Source: an uncultured Candidatus Binatia bacterium
GTDB lineage: Bacteria > Desulfobacterota > Binatia > UBA9968 > JAJDTQ01
Assembly (NCBI GenBank): GCA_965213675.1
Contig: CBDCAF010000019.1
Span: forward strand, 1-64,000
Direction: 5' to 3'
DNA length: 64,000 bases
In this document: positions 45,445 through 55,700 of the stretch, piece after piece
Position numbering within the stretch: the stretch's first letter is position 1
Layout: every line of letters begins with the position of its first letter
Program-made: the position numbers and the translations under genes
The notes under the pieces: model-generated
The model's input: the letters and a program-made list of their open reading frames with translations, nothing else
The model's database searches: none
Told to the model about the DNA's origin: nothing

Positions 45445-46641
45445 ATGAAAGTCTTGTCTGTCTGTTCTGGTATTGGTGCCGACGCGGTTGCATGGCACAA
45501 ACTTGGCTGGACAACCGCAGCATTCGCCGAAATTGAACCCCACGCCGCGACGGTGTTGCGTCACCATTACCCGAATGTCCCGAACCACGGAGACTTTACT
45601 ACGATCAAGGGACACGAATATGGATCAATTGACCTTATTGTCGGCGGAACCCCCTGCCAGTCCTTCTCAATCGCGGGACTCCGCAAGGGAATGGATGATA
45701 ACCGTGGCAACCTGGCCCTCCAGTTTATCCGACTTGTTGATCGAATCCGCCCCCGTTGGGTCGTTTGGGAGAATGTCCCAGGAGTGTTCTCGGCAATTAC
45801 CAACGACACGACCGATCCAAACAGATCAACTGAAACACATGCATTCGCCTGCATCCTGGCCGGATTTCAGAAATTCGGGTATGGGTTCGCCTACCGAACT
45901 TTGGACGCTCAATTTGTGCGAGTGGAATCTCACCCTCGTGCCGTCCCACAGCGACGGCGCCGTGTGTTCCTTGTCGGACATATTGGAGACTGGCGCCCAC
46001 CTACAGCGGTACTCTTTGAGCCCAAAGGCTTGCGTCGGAATCCTGCGCCGCGCAGAAAACCGAGGCAAGAAGTTGCCGGAACATTTAGCGCGCGTCCTTC
46101 AGGCGGTGGCGGTCTCGGAACCGATTTCAAGTGCGCCGGGGGCTTAGTCACCAGAGAAGTAGCACCGGCCCTAGACGCCCACGGTTCAGGATATTCTGAT
46201 TTCCAAACAAACGGCGGGCTTATCGGATACGGCGTAAGGACGGACGGGCCACGGGACGTGTCCACCAGTCTGAACGCGCATGGTCAACGACTGGACTTCG
46301 ATACAGAAACGTTTGTCATGCAGGAACGCTTAGAGACCCCGAATCCCGATAGCGGCCCTAACGGCAAGGGCTGGCGTGGGGATGGGGTTGCATTCACTAT
46401 CGAAGCTCGAAGCAAACCGCAGTCCGTAGCAACATCAACTGTTCGCCGAATCACACCGACCGAAGCAGAACGGTTAATGGGACTACCGGATAATTACACG
46501 CTTGTCCCGTACAAAGGCAAGCCGATGGCCGATGGTCCACGCTACAAGTTGCTTGGCAACTCAATCGCCATCAACTGCCTATCGTGGATCGGCCAACGGA
46601 TTGCCATGTTTGAATCCCTCGATACCTTCAGTGAAGCCTAG
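45445..46641 (+). CDS. C5 DNA cytosine methyltransferase
   Basis: CSGIG, GGTPCQSFS, WENVPG, PQRRRRVF, ERLMGLPD and LGNS motifs. Confidence 0.95.
   Translation: MKVLSVCSGIGADAVAWHKLGWTTAAFAEIEPHAATVLRHHYPNVPNHGDFTTIKGHEYGSIDLIVGGTPCQSFSIAGLRKGMDDNRGNLALQFIRLVDRIRPRWVVWENVPGVFSAITNDTTDPNRSTETHAFACILAGFQKFGYGFAYRTLDAQFVRVESHPRAVPQRRRRVFLVGHIGDWRPPTAVLFEPKGLRRNPAPRRKPRQEVAGTFSARPSGGGGLGTDFKCAGGLVTREVAPALDAHGSGYSDFQTNGGLIGYGVRTDGPRDVSTSLNAHGQRLDFDTETFVMQERLETPNPDSGPNGKGWRGDGVAFTIEARSKPQSVATSTVRRITPTEAERLMGLPDNYTLVPYKGKPMADGPRYKLLGNSIAINCLSWIGQRIAMFESLDTFSEA
45620..46147 (+). CDS. nested alternative-frame polypeptide of the C5 MTase (beta-subunit-like)
   Basis: AAGGGA RBS, ATG 45620; CSLSDILE..RYSLSPKACVGILRRAENRGKKLP. 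Confidence 0.6.
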   Translation: MDQLTLLSAEPPASPSQSRDSAREWMITVATWPSSLSDLLIESAPVGSFGRMSQECSRQLPTTRPIQTDQLKHMHSPASWPDFRNSGMGSPTELWTLNLCEWNLTLVPSHSDGAVCSLSDILETGAHLQRYSLSPKACVGILRRAENRGKKLPEHLARVLQAVAVSEPISSAPGA

Positions 46642-47438
46642 AGCTTCCGCATCTGTTCCACTACGGGGTCCCACCGTGCCCAACCCCGATCCGAATACTT
46701 CTCCGCTTCGGCGAGGGTCATGGGCATTTCGCCCGTGTCCTCGCCGAACGCCGACAAAGCCCGCAACCAACGCTTCACATGGACCTTGCCATTATGGGCT
46801 TCCCGCGAGTAGCGCCGCATGTCCCGCTTCAGCCGGTCCAGTGCCTTGTCCACCCCCGTAGCAGCCTTCTCAATCTCAACCCACGTCATTGACACGGGCA
46901 AGGGGTCGCCGTAGCGCCTCTCGAACTTGTTGTAATAGTCGGCCCAGATGGCATCACGCATTGCCGGCGTGACTTCCATGTTCAGATCGCGGGACAAACT
47001 CTCGCACTTGGGCAGGCCATTTTCCTCGTAATCGTCGAACTCGAAGAACCACAAAGCCTTGTGCGGCGGATGAACCGGATTCGCGCCCAGGTTCTCGGTG
47101 TACTTCCACGGGAACCGTTCGAAATCCGCCCGTGTAGCTTCCTCCTGCGCGTCCCACGCGGCTTCCATTTCCAGCCGCCTACGTTCCCATTCCTCGTGTC
47201 CCTTCGTCGCCACTCCTAGTCCCATGTACTCGTGCCATGTGGCATCGTCCCAAGTGGACTTGTCCTGCTTCGCAAGTTCGCGGTCCCGGTCGGCCTGTTC
47301 CTTTTCCCACCTTTCATCCGCCTTCCTCATTGCCGCTTCCCGTTCCTCAAGGCGACGTTCAAACTCCGCACCCGTCGCTTCGTCCACATAGGCTGCCCAC
47401 TGTTCATCGGTCCAGTTGAGATCGCCTTTCATGGTCAA
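46638..47438 (-). CDS. hypothetical acidic Trp-rich helical protein
   Basis: 266 aa with duplicated WTDEQW / WDDATW motif. Confidence 0.6.
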   Translation of the reverse strand: MTMKGDLNWTDEQWAAYVDEATGAEFERRLEEREAAMRKADERWEKEQADRDRELAKQDKSTWDDATWHEYMGLGVATKGHEEWERRRLEMEAAWDAQEEATRADFERFPWKYTENLGANPVHPPHKALWFFEFDDYEENGLPKCESLSRDLNMEVTPAMRDAIWADYYNKFERRYGDPLPVSMTWVEIEKAATGVDKALDRLKRDMRRYSREAHNGKVHVKRWLRALSAFGEDTGEMPMTLAEAEKYSDRGWARWDPVVEQMRKL

Positions 47439-47682
47439 TCCTTTCTCTTTCGCTACGAATTGGACTGCGGAGCTTTTCAGCGATGATCTTGTCTAGCTTC
47501 TTCTCTTGTTCCGCGAACATCGCAACCATGTTTTGATTCATTCCATCAATGCGCTTCGTAAGCCGATCTTCCATCCCTTGAATATCGGCCCGAATATCAT
47601 TCAGCAACGAGTCTGCACCTTCCAAGAGTACGCCTCGGATAGCATTAGCCAACCGGCCCACGCTATCTGTTGAGTCTACCAT
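47404..47682 (-). CDS. coiled-coil protein
   Basis: IRADIQGMEDRLTKRIDGM heptads. Confidence 0.55.
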   Translation of the reverse strand: MVDSTDSVGRLANAIRGVLLEGADSLLNDIRADIQGMEDRLTKRIDGMNQNMVAMFAEQEKKLDKIIAEKLRSPIRSERERIDHERRSQLDR

Positions 47683-47694
47683 CCCTATTTCTCT

Positions 47695-47853
47695 CTACAG
47701 AAACATGAATGTCAGAACTACCCCAATGGCGGTGACGCCCGCGCCCACATACAGCGCCCTGATTATGTCCCACGTCAGGGTGGCCGTAATGGCGTATGCC
47801 GCCGACCCGAGCGCCACCGACCCCAGCACGGCAAGAAATCCCAGGAGCGTCAC
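47695..47853 (-). CDS. small two-TM protein
   Basis: 52 hydrophobic aa from GTG 47853. Confidence 0.45.
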   Translation of the reverse strand: MTLLGFLAVLGSVALGSAAYAITATLTWDIIRALYVGAGVTAIGVVLTFMFL

Positions 47854-47854
47854 G

Positions 47855-48247
47855 TCACTTCTCTCGGCGCCAGAGGATGACCACGCGGATGATCGTGACC
47901 ACTCCCGGCATGTCAAGTTCCGTCGCCACACCAACAACACAATCCACCTTCGTCCGACCCATTCGCGGCCCCTTGGTAGACGTGACCCATTCGCTGTTCG
48001 GCATTTTCGTGGCCGTGGCGGTGATGGCACGGGGGATCAACAGCATGTCTCCGTCCAGTTGCGCCCGCGCCGGGACCTTCTTGGTATACGGGACCGGCAA
48101 AGCGTTCGCGATTTCAGCGTCGCGTTCCGCCGTCACGCCTTCCGCCATCTCTTGCGCGTATGCCTGTAATCCCTCATTGTCCGACTTTGACACACACTGC
48201 GTTTCTTCCATGATTCGGCTAACTACATCATCATATCGGTTATCCAT
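47855..48247 (-). CDS. hypothetical protein
   Basis: GGAGG RBS, 130 aa. Confidence 0.55.
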   Translation of the reverse strand: MDNRYDDVVSRIMEETQCVSKSDNEGLQAYAQEMAEGVTAERDAEIANALPVPYTKKVPARAQLDGDMLLIPRAITATATKMPNSEWVTSTKGPRMGRTKVDCVVGVATELDMPGVVTIIRVVILWRREK

Positions 48248-48260
48248 GTTATCCTCCGTT

Positions 48261-48746
48261 TCAAATCCAAAGAGAATTGTCCGTCACGTCAATTGCCCTT
48301 ACTGCATCAGCCGTGGTCGCCTTTTCCAGCTTCCGTTTGATCTCCGCGTACTTACCCCTTAGCCGTTCCCGTTCCGTGTCTTGGGAAGGCGTGTGGCCGT
48401 CCCTAAGCCGCAACTGAATCTCATCGTCCAGGCTCGTTTCCCCGTATGCTTCCATGATACGCCTAGACCCTTCTAGCCGCAACTCCCCTGTTTTGAACAC
48501 GACAAGCGCACCATGTTGACCGGCCAACAGCGTTGACCAAAGCGGTTTCGAGGATGCACCCGTATCAAACTCGACCAACGGATCATCGTCAGCTACTTCA
48601 AAGTTGACAACCGGCGGGTTCCACCGGCATTCCGCCCATTCTTCTTCGGTAAAGGTCCTTTTCCCCGGTCGAATGCCGTGGGGGAGTATCAAGCCTTCAT
48701 GTTCTACCAACCAACTGAACGTCTCGCCTGTAAATATAATACTCAT
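48261..48746 (-). CDS. tail fibre assembly chaperone-like protein
   Basis: KPLW..; C-terminal LEKATTADAVRAID..W; lies after the tail genes. Confidence 0.5.
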   Translation of the reverse strand: MSIIFTGETFSWLVEHEGLILPHGIRPGKRTFTEEEWAECRWNPPVVNFEVADDDPLVEFDTGASSKPLWSTLLAGQHGALVVFKTGELRLEGSRRIMEAYGETSLDDEIQLRLRDGHTPSQDTERERLRGKYAEIKRKLEKATTADAVRAIDVTDNSLWI

Positions 48747-49225
48747 GGTGATGGTCTATTCGTCGATATTGAACCCGTGGGGTCAGTAACTCCCCATATT
48801 TGCCGTACCCAAGCGGTCGTGTTGGAACCTGTACTGATAGTGAATCCAGTACTACTGACACTCGTAATACGACCCGTCATGTCCTCCGTGCTTCGTATAC
48901 CAGACGCTAGATAAATTATCTGGCCTGTCCTGCCAATACTCGATGTTCTTATGCCGGTTGAACCCCATCGCCTATTAGACCCACCCCCTTGCGTCGCGGC
49001 TGCTACGAAGTAGATGTAGTCATATGTAGTTACGATGTTGAGGCTCATGCCTATTCGTTTACCAGCCGACCCCACAAACACACCGTCTGCATCACCGTCG
49101 TTCACCAACGAATCATATAGGAGCTGCCACTCTCGCGGTCCTTGCGGTCCTATAGGACCGACCGCGCCCCTTGGGCCAACCCCCCCCGCCGGCCCCGTGA
49201 TGTCATGTTGGTATTCCCAACCCAT
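48743..49225 (-). CDS. short collagen-repeat fibre protein
   Basis: GPAGGVGPRGAVGPIGPQGPR. Confidence 0.6.
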   Translation of the reverse strand: MGWEYQHDITGPAGGVGPRGAVGPIGPQGPREWQLLYDSLVNDGDADGVFVGSAGKRIGMSLNIVTTYDYIYFVAAATQGGGSNRRWGSTGIRTSSIGRTGQIIYLASGIRSTEDMTGRITSVSSTGFTISTGSNTTAWVRQIWGVTDPTGSISTNRPSP

Positions 49226-49758
49226 CAGCTACTCGAAAAGGATGCACCCGGCGATGAATCGTGATACCAGCGTACAATGCTTCGCCGAATACCCTTCTTG
49301 ACCGGCAACACTGAATGCCAGTAGTCAGCCGGGAATACCAACATTTCATTAGGCTTCAGATCGACCGTCACTTTCGGTTGCAGCCGTCCGGGGTCCTGTA
49401 GCGTTACTTCGCCACCTTCCTTCGCGCGTTGAATCAAGTAGATAACCGAAATGGTGCGGGACTTATCCAGCGTCTTTCCGGCTATCAACTGATCTTGGTG
49501 TTCTGGACTGTATTGGTCAACAGCGTAATGGGTTGCAAGGACATTCGTTTCCTCGTCCGCGTGACAACCAAGCTGTTCCGCGAATAGGATGACATGGAAT
49601 CGAAGCCACTTGTTTGTGAAACGTGGAATAGTTGTCCACCCTTCCGAACTGTAGTTGTTGCCACGCGCCGTGTAGGTGACATCCGCAACCGCCTTACGGA
49701 ATTGCCCCTTGAACGGCGATGGTGCTGCTTCGATATGTTCATATGTCAAGGCCATCAC
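49225..49758 (-). CDS. 2OG-Fe(II) oxygenase
   Basis: HQD, RTISVI, EGGE and VFP..WHSVLPVKKGIRRSIV motifs. Confidence 0.85.
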   Translation of the reverse strand: MMALTYEHIEAAPSPFKGQFRKAVADVTYTARGNNYSSEGWTTIPRFTNKWLRFHVILFAEQLGCHADEETNVLATHYAVDQYSPEHQDQLIAGKTLDKSRTISVIYLIQRAKEGGEVTLQDPGRLQPKVTVDLKPNEMLVFPADYWHSVLPVKKGIRRSIVRWYHDSSPGASFSSS

Positions 49759-49764
49759 ATGATC

Positions 49765-52700
49765 CTATGCGCTTGGCGTGTACTGTAGGCGGAAGGTAGC
49801 ACCATCCTCGCCGCCAGCAATTATCGAATCAACTATAGTGTCTATCGTGCTGCCAGCATCCGTGAAGGTCAAATTAGTACGATCTCCGATAGGCACTCCC
49901 GTCAAGGTGACGCTATTCGAACCTCGCGTAACCGTTAACATCAAGTCCGGTAGTATTGTTGCAAGAGGACCTTCCGTTGCTGAAAAGCTTGTGCCATCCG
50001 CGTTTTCCAGAAATACGGACGCTTCGTTGGAAGACGCATGGTCCTCATTCGTAAGGGAAACTGCCCATACTCGCCACGCCTCATTATGTCGCGAAAACGC
50101 AGCCCCGATGTTTGGACTATCCTCAAAATAGTTTACCTGATTGCTCAGAACTTGCGCACTAGGGTCCGACCACGTTATATCGAAGCCGGTATCCGGTGGC
50201 GGGTCCGCTGCCGTTGTGCTCGTTGTTGTTTGCGGGGAATCGTCACTACGATCTGTTCGCGCCGCGTAGGTTGTTCCTTGCCACCCAACATAGGCAACGT
50301 AATATGTGGTGTCCGCGCTTAGTCCTGAAATACTCCATGCCGTACCACTCGTAACGTCCACGAAGCTATCTGAATCGCTTATGACGTTGTTTGTACTGGC
50401 GTACACGCGATAACCGTCAGCACCAGCCAACGCGGAAAATGTGCCGGACAGAGTATCCGCCGTTCTCCCTGTAACCGGCGGGGCAGTATCCGGGTCGGCA
50501 AGTGCTGTCACCGGCGGCGGATCGGCGGTAAAGGCATAACTATCAGCAGCGGACCAAGGCCCTTGATCGCCACCACCATTCGCTGCGGTCGTAAATCGTG
50601 CCCGTGCGTAAACCGTACCCGTTCTATCCGCTAAGGGAATCGTCGCTGTATGGCCAACGCCTTCGGTGTTATCGTAGAGACTCGACGGACTTGAGAAGCC
50701 CGCATTGTCGTCATACTGGAACTCCGCAAACCAGTTGTCCGTAGTAGTATTAACACGAAGAACGCCAGTTGACAGAACATCCATACCAATTGGCGTCGGT
50801 ATCACCACTGCCGCTGCCATTGTTGTCACAGTCTCGGCTGGCGAAACAGGCGTGGTATCCGTCCCGTCTGTTGCTTCGTATACAACGTTGTATGCGGTCT
50901 CCGCAGTCAAACCCGTGATTTCCCAACTTGTACCAGTAACGTCTACATGGGGGTCGTTTGTGCTGTATATCTCGTTCGTACTCGCATAAACGGTATAACC
51001 CGTTGCGCCAGTCACCGCCGTTATCGTTCCCGATATACTCGTTGAACCTATGGTCGATACGGTTGGCGCGTTTGCCGGTGCGGTCGTTTCGTCGAATGTA
51101 CCCACTGGCGGCGGGTCGCCGCTGAATGCCGGTATTGTTATCGTTACAGTGGCAGACCACGTACCAGTTCCAAGACGAACCCTTGCATACCAAGTCCCGG
51201 ACACCCTGGATATAGTCCGGGAACGAGTGCTCGCTGAAGAAACGTTCACGCCGGAACTAAAGTCAGATTGTGCTGAATACTGAAGCTCATAGCTACCACT
51301 GCCGACATTCGTCCATGACAACACCACAGTTCCCGTGCCGCCACTCGTTGTAGGTGCCGTAATAGTACCCACTGACAAGGTTGGTGCGCCGGATGGCGGT
51401 TGGGGCGGTTGTGGTGGTGGGTCCGTGGGACCGGACGGTTCCCCGTAGTCCGCTAGTTGATCTCCCGTCTCCCGCCGATACACGTATCCATTATCAGTCC
51501 GAAAGTAGAAGTCTCCAACCTCGCCAAGGTCCGCCGCCGGCCTGCCACTCCCCGAATGCCAAACCGAACCCGCGCCGCCTTGGTCAATGTCGATTATCTT
51601 AACCCACGTACCAGACTGCTTTTGATAGACACTCCCCGCTGTCTCCCCTGACCCCTCAAGAAAGAAGAACTGGCCGTCCGTGCCTATACTGCCAGTTGGT
51701 ACCGTGTCTCCGGTCAACCATGCGTTCGTACCATCGAGGCCATTCAAGTTGATCCGAAACGTCCACGTCGCCACACCTGTCTTTTCGTAGACGTTCCCTT
51801 GCGTCGTGCCCGTCCCTGTCACAATCGCGAAGTCACCAACTCCACCCAAGCTGTTAGACGGCGGACCACTCGCAATGTTGTGCCATTCCGTACCTAACGA
51901 AAAGGTCGCCCACAACGCGGGAGTCCCAAAGTCACCATACAAAGTGGTAGTGCCCTTCTTGCGGACAGCTACCCACTCCCAACGGTTAGACGCATCTACG
52001 CCGGTAGGATCATCCGTCCACCCGGTAGGCACATGATCCCGCGCGTTCTTTTGTGCAGTACTAGTAGCCGGTGCCGATGGCTTCGTATCCGTTGTCGTGC
52101 GTCGGTAGATAAATTCTTCCGCAACCCCATCTTCCGCAAAAACAGACCATAGCTTCGGGGCACTCCAATTACCCCACGTCGAAGCACCACTCGCACGTCG
52201 CCGCGTAGAAACCCACTCAAAGCGATTCGTCCCGTCCGGTCCTGCCGGATCGTCCGACCACCCTGTAGGCACATGATCGTCCGTGTTTACAGACGTGGGT
52301 GTTCCCGGTGCCGTGTTCGCTGTAGTTCGACGGTATATCCATTCTTGACTTGCACCATCCTCTGCAAACCGCGTCCACAATTGTGGTGTCGAAAAGTCGC
52401 TCCAGGCCGTACCCCCTTGAGTACGAGTCCGCTTTGCTACCCACTCAAACTTGTTCGTCGAATCCGGTCCTGCCGGATCATCCGACCATCCTGTAGGCAC
52501 ATAATTGTTCATTGCCATTTGGTCGGCTGAACTGTCCGGCTTATCCGGCCTTGCGTTCGTTGCAGTGCGCTGAAAGATGAACTCAATACCCGCACCATCA
52601 TTGCCTTGACCATAAACGGCCCATAGCTTGGGAACGCTCCAATTGCCCCACGTTTGGGCGATACCTGCCGCACGTCTCCGGGTAGCTACCCACTCAAACG

Positions 52701-55700
52701 GCGTGTCAGCATCTACTCCGGTAGGATCATCCGTCCAGCTTGTCGGTACATGGTCATCGGTATTGACAGACGCGGGTGCTGTCAGCGCCGTGTCCGTAGC
52801 AGTACGACGATAAATCCATTCCTGGCTTGAACCATCACTCCCTAGTTCGGTCCACAACCTAGGAGTGCTCCAACTCCCCCAACGCGCGTTGTGTCCCGTT
52901 GCGCGTCGCCTAGTGCTTACCCACTCAAACGGATTCGTCGCGTTGGGACCTGTCGGATCATCGGACCATCCCACCGGAATCGCATCGTCCACATTCTCTG
53001 AAGCAGGTGCCGATGGTGCCGTGTTCGTTGCTGTCCGACGATAAATCCATTCTTGAACCGCACCATCCCGTCCCAACGTGCTCCATAGCTTCGGGGCACT
53101 CCAATTGCCCCACGTCTCCCCAAGCCGGTAACGCAACGACACCCATTCAAACGGATTCGTCGCGTTGGGACCGACTGGATCATCAGACCATCCCGCCGGA
53201 ACCGCATCGTCCGCATTCACCGATGTAGGCGTGGACGGCGCTGTACTTGTCGCCGTGCGTTGGAAGATAATCTCGAAGTTCGCACCATCCGCGAACAGCA
53301 CCCACTTCGTACTATCCGTTCCCGGCGTGTTGTTCAGATTGTCGTTGACTTCCGACTTCCAAACCGCGTTACGCCAGAACACCAAGTCCCGGTCAGTGTA
53401 CGTTACCGTGCTAGACCATCTGCCTCGGTATCTGAAACCCAATGCTATCGAGAAACGCGCCCACAAGGCAGGCGTCCCGAACTTGCCCCAGGTGGTTCCC
53501 CCACGGTTGAACTTCCGTTCACTTACCCATTCGTGGGAATTCGCTTCATCCGGTCCCGTGGGGTTATCCGTCCACCCATCCGGCACCACATCGTTACGCC
53601 CATCTTCGGCTTCCGATGTAGTCGGCGCGTCCGGTTTGGTGCCTGTCGTGCGACGAAACACGAACTCTTGTCCGGCACCATCTTCACCGTAACGCGCCCA
53701 CAAAGCAGGTGTCCCGAACTTCGCGTAGCTTCCGGGTCCGCTCGATAGCCGCAACGAAGCCCACTCAAACTTGTTAGTCGAATCTACACCAGCGGGATCA
53801 TCCGACCATCCTGTCGGTACATGATCCGGCGTTGCATCTTCCGTGGCCGTGGTATTCGGGGCGGCTGGCTTTGTGTTCGTCGTAGTCCGGCGAAAGATGA
53901 ACTCCGGTCCACCCTTGCCATCCTCCGTCACCATTGCCCACCGGCTACTATCCGTTCCCGGTTCGACCGTATTGTTATCGACCAAGGACACCCACAACTT
54001 CAACTTGTGGCGAACGACATCATTCCGGTTGTAGGTTGTACCGTTATTCCACGTTCCCTCGAATGAGAAACCGCCGTAGACAGACCATAGCTTCGGGACG
54101 CTCCAATTCCCCCACGGTGGATTATGCCCCTGTCCACGCCGCCGCGTCGTTACCCATTCAAACGGCAACGATACGGTTGGACCGGCAGGATCATCCGTCC
54201 AGTTCAGCGGAATATGATCGTCCGTGTTTACCGATGTAGGCGTGTCCGGCGTCACCTGCATTGTTGTGCGCCGGTATATCCATTCTTGACTAGCCCCGTC
54301 TCTCCCTAGTTCCGTCCATAGTTTAGGGACACTCCAATTCCCCCATGAAGCATTGCGACCAAGCGGCTTGCGTCGTGTCGCTACCCACTCAAACGGCAAT
54401 ACGCTTGTCGGTCCTGCCGGATCATCCGTCCATCCGGTCGGCACATGATCGTCCGTGTTTACAGACGTAGGTGTTCCCGGTGCCGTGTTGTTCGCTGTTC
54501 GTTGGTATATCCATTCTTGCGTTGCGCCGTCCTGTCCTGTCTCCGCCCACAAGGCAGGTGCGCTCCATGCACCCCACGTCAACCCCTCGCGGAACCGCAT
54601 GGACAGCCATTCAAACGGCTTCGTGCCATCCGGTCCAACAGGATCGTCCGTCCACCCATCCGGCACGTTATCATCTTCATCTACGGATGTTGGTGTCGCC
54701 GGAACCGTTCGCATTTCGGTTCGCGTAAAGATGATCTCAAAGACAGACGAATCCGTGAACAACACCCACACATCATCATCTGTTCCCGGTTCGACGCCCG
54801 TACTATCCGCCAAGGCAAGCCACACAACGTGCCGATGGGTAACAAGATCGTTGACAAAGAAATCATCGGTCGCGTTCCACATGCCCCGGTAATCGAACGC
54901 CAGAACTTGTCCGAACGCGGGGAACTCCACGTCCCGCAAGTAGGCCGGCGTTGTGCGGCCGAATCGGTTGGAAAACGCTACAACCCCAACGTCGAACGTT
55001 CCTTCCGGCGGAAGGTCCTCGGTCTCGTATGGGCTGGCCGTCAACAGTCCGCCATGCAAACGTGTCATGGCCGTGAACGCGGACCCCGATGTACCGTAGC
55101 GCAGTTCGTATCCCGCCGCTCCGTCCCTGTCCTCCCACGTAAACCGCCTGATACCGCCATCCCCAATTGTGGCGGCAAATCCCGCCAGCGGTTCCATGAA
55201 CGCGGGCACACGCGGGTCAATTAGTTCATGTGCCAGATCGGACGTTCGCGCGTCGTAGTATCCTTCGTGTTCATCCCGCGCGGTAAACCTGTAACGACCG
55301 CCCCCGGTACTCTCGATTTGTGTAACGCGCACCTTCTCGTTGACAGTACCGGACGGGAACAACTGAATTCGATAATCATACGGAGTATCAACAACCCGTT
55401 CGGCTACGTCCGGCATCGCGTCGGCCAACACCACGTCACTACCCATGCGGGTGAACGCGCTTGAATGGACCGTCCGCAACGTACCCGGTACTGTCACCCA
55501 GGCCGTGCCCTGTTCGTATTGCGCATCAAACGTTGGCGTCAATGTCTGCCGGTCAGAACTGATAGCGAACAACCGGCCCCCGACACTCTTGCCAAGCAAG
55601 CCATTCGCCATCCCAACAACGTCACCAACCCCGATTCCAGCGAACCCTTCCTCGGTCATTTCCCACTGAACCGCACGAAGATGAAAGAAGTTTGCAGCCG

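Noticed and set aside
51890-54900. Tail repeats as a diversity-generating retroelement template/variable pair
   Set aside because: No reverse transcriptase in the window, and differences between repeats are not adenine-specific
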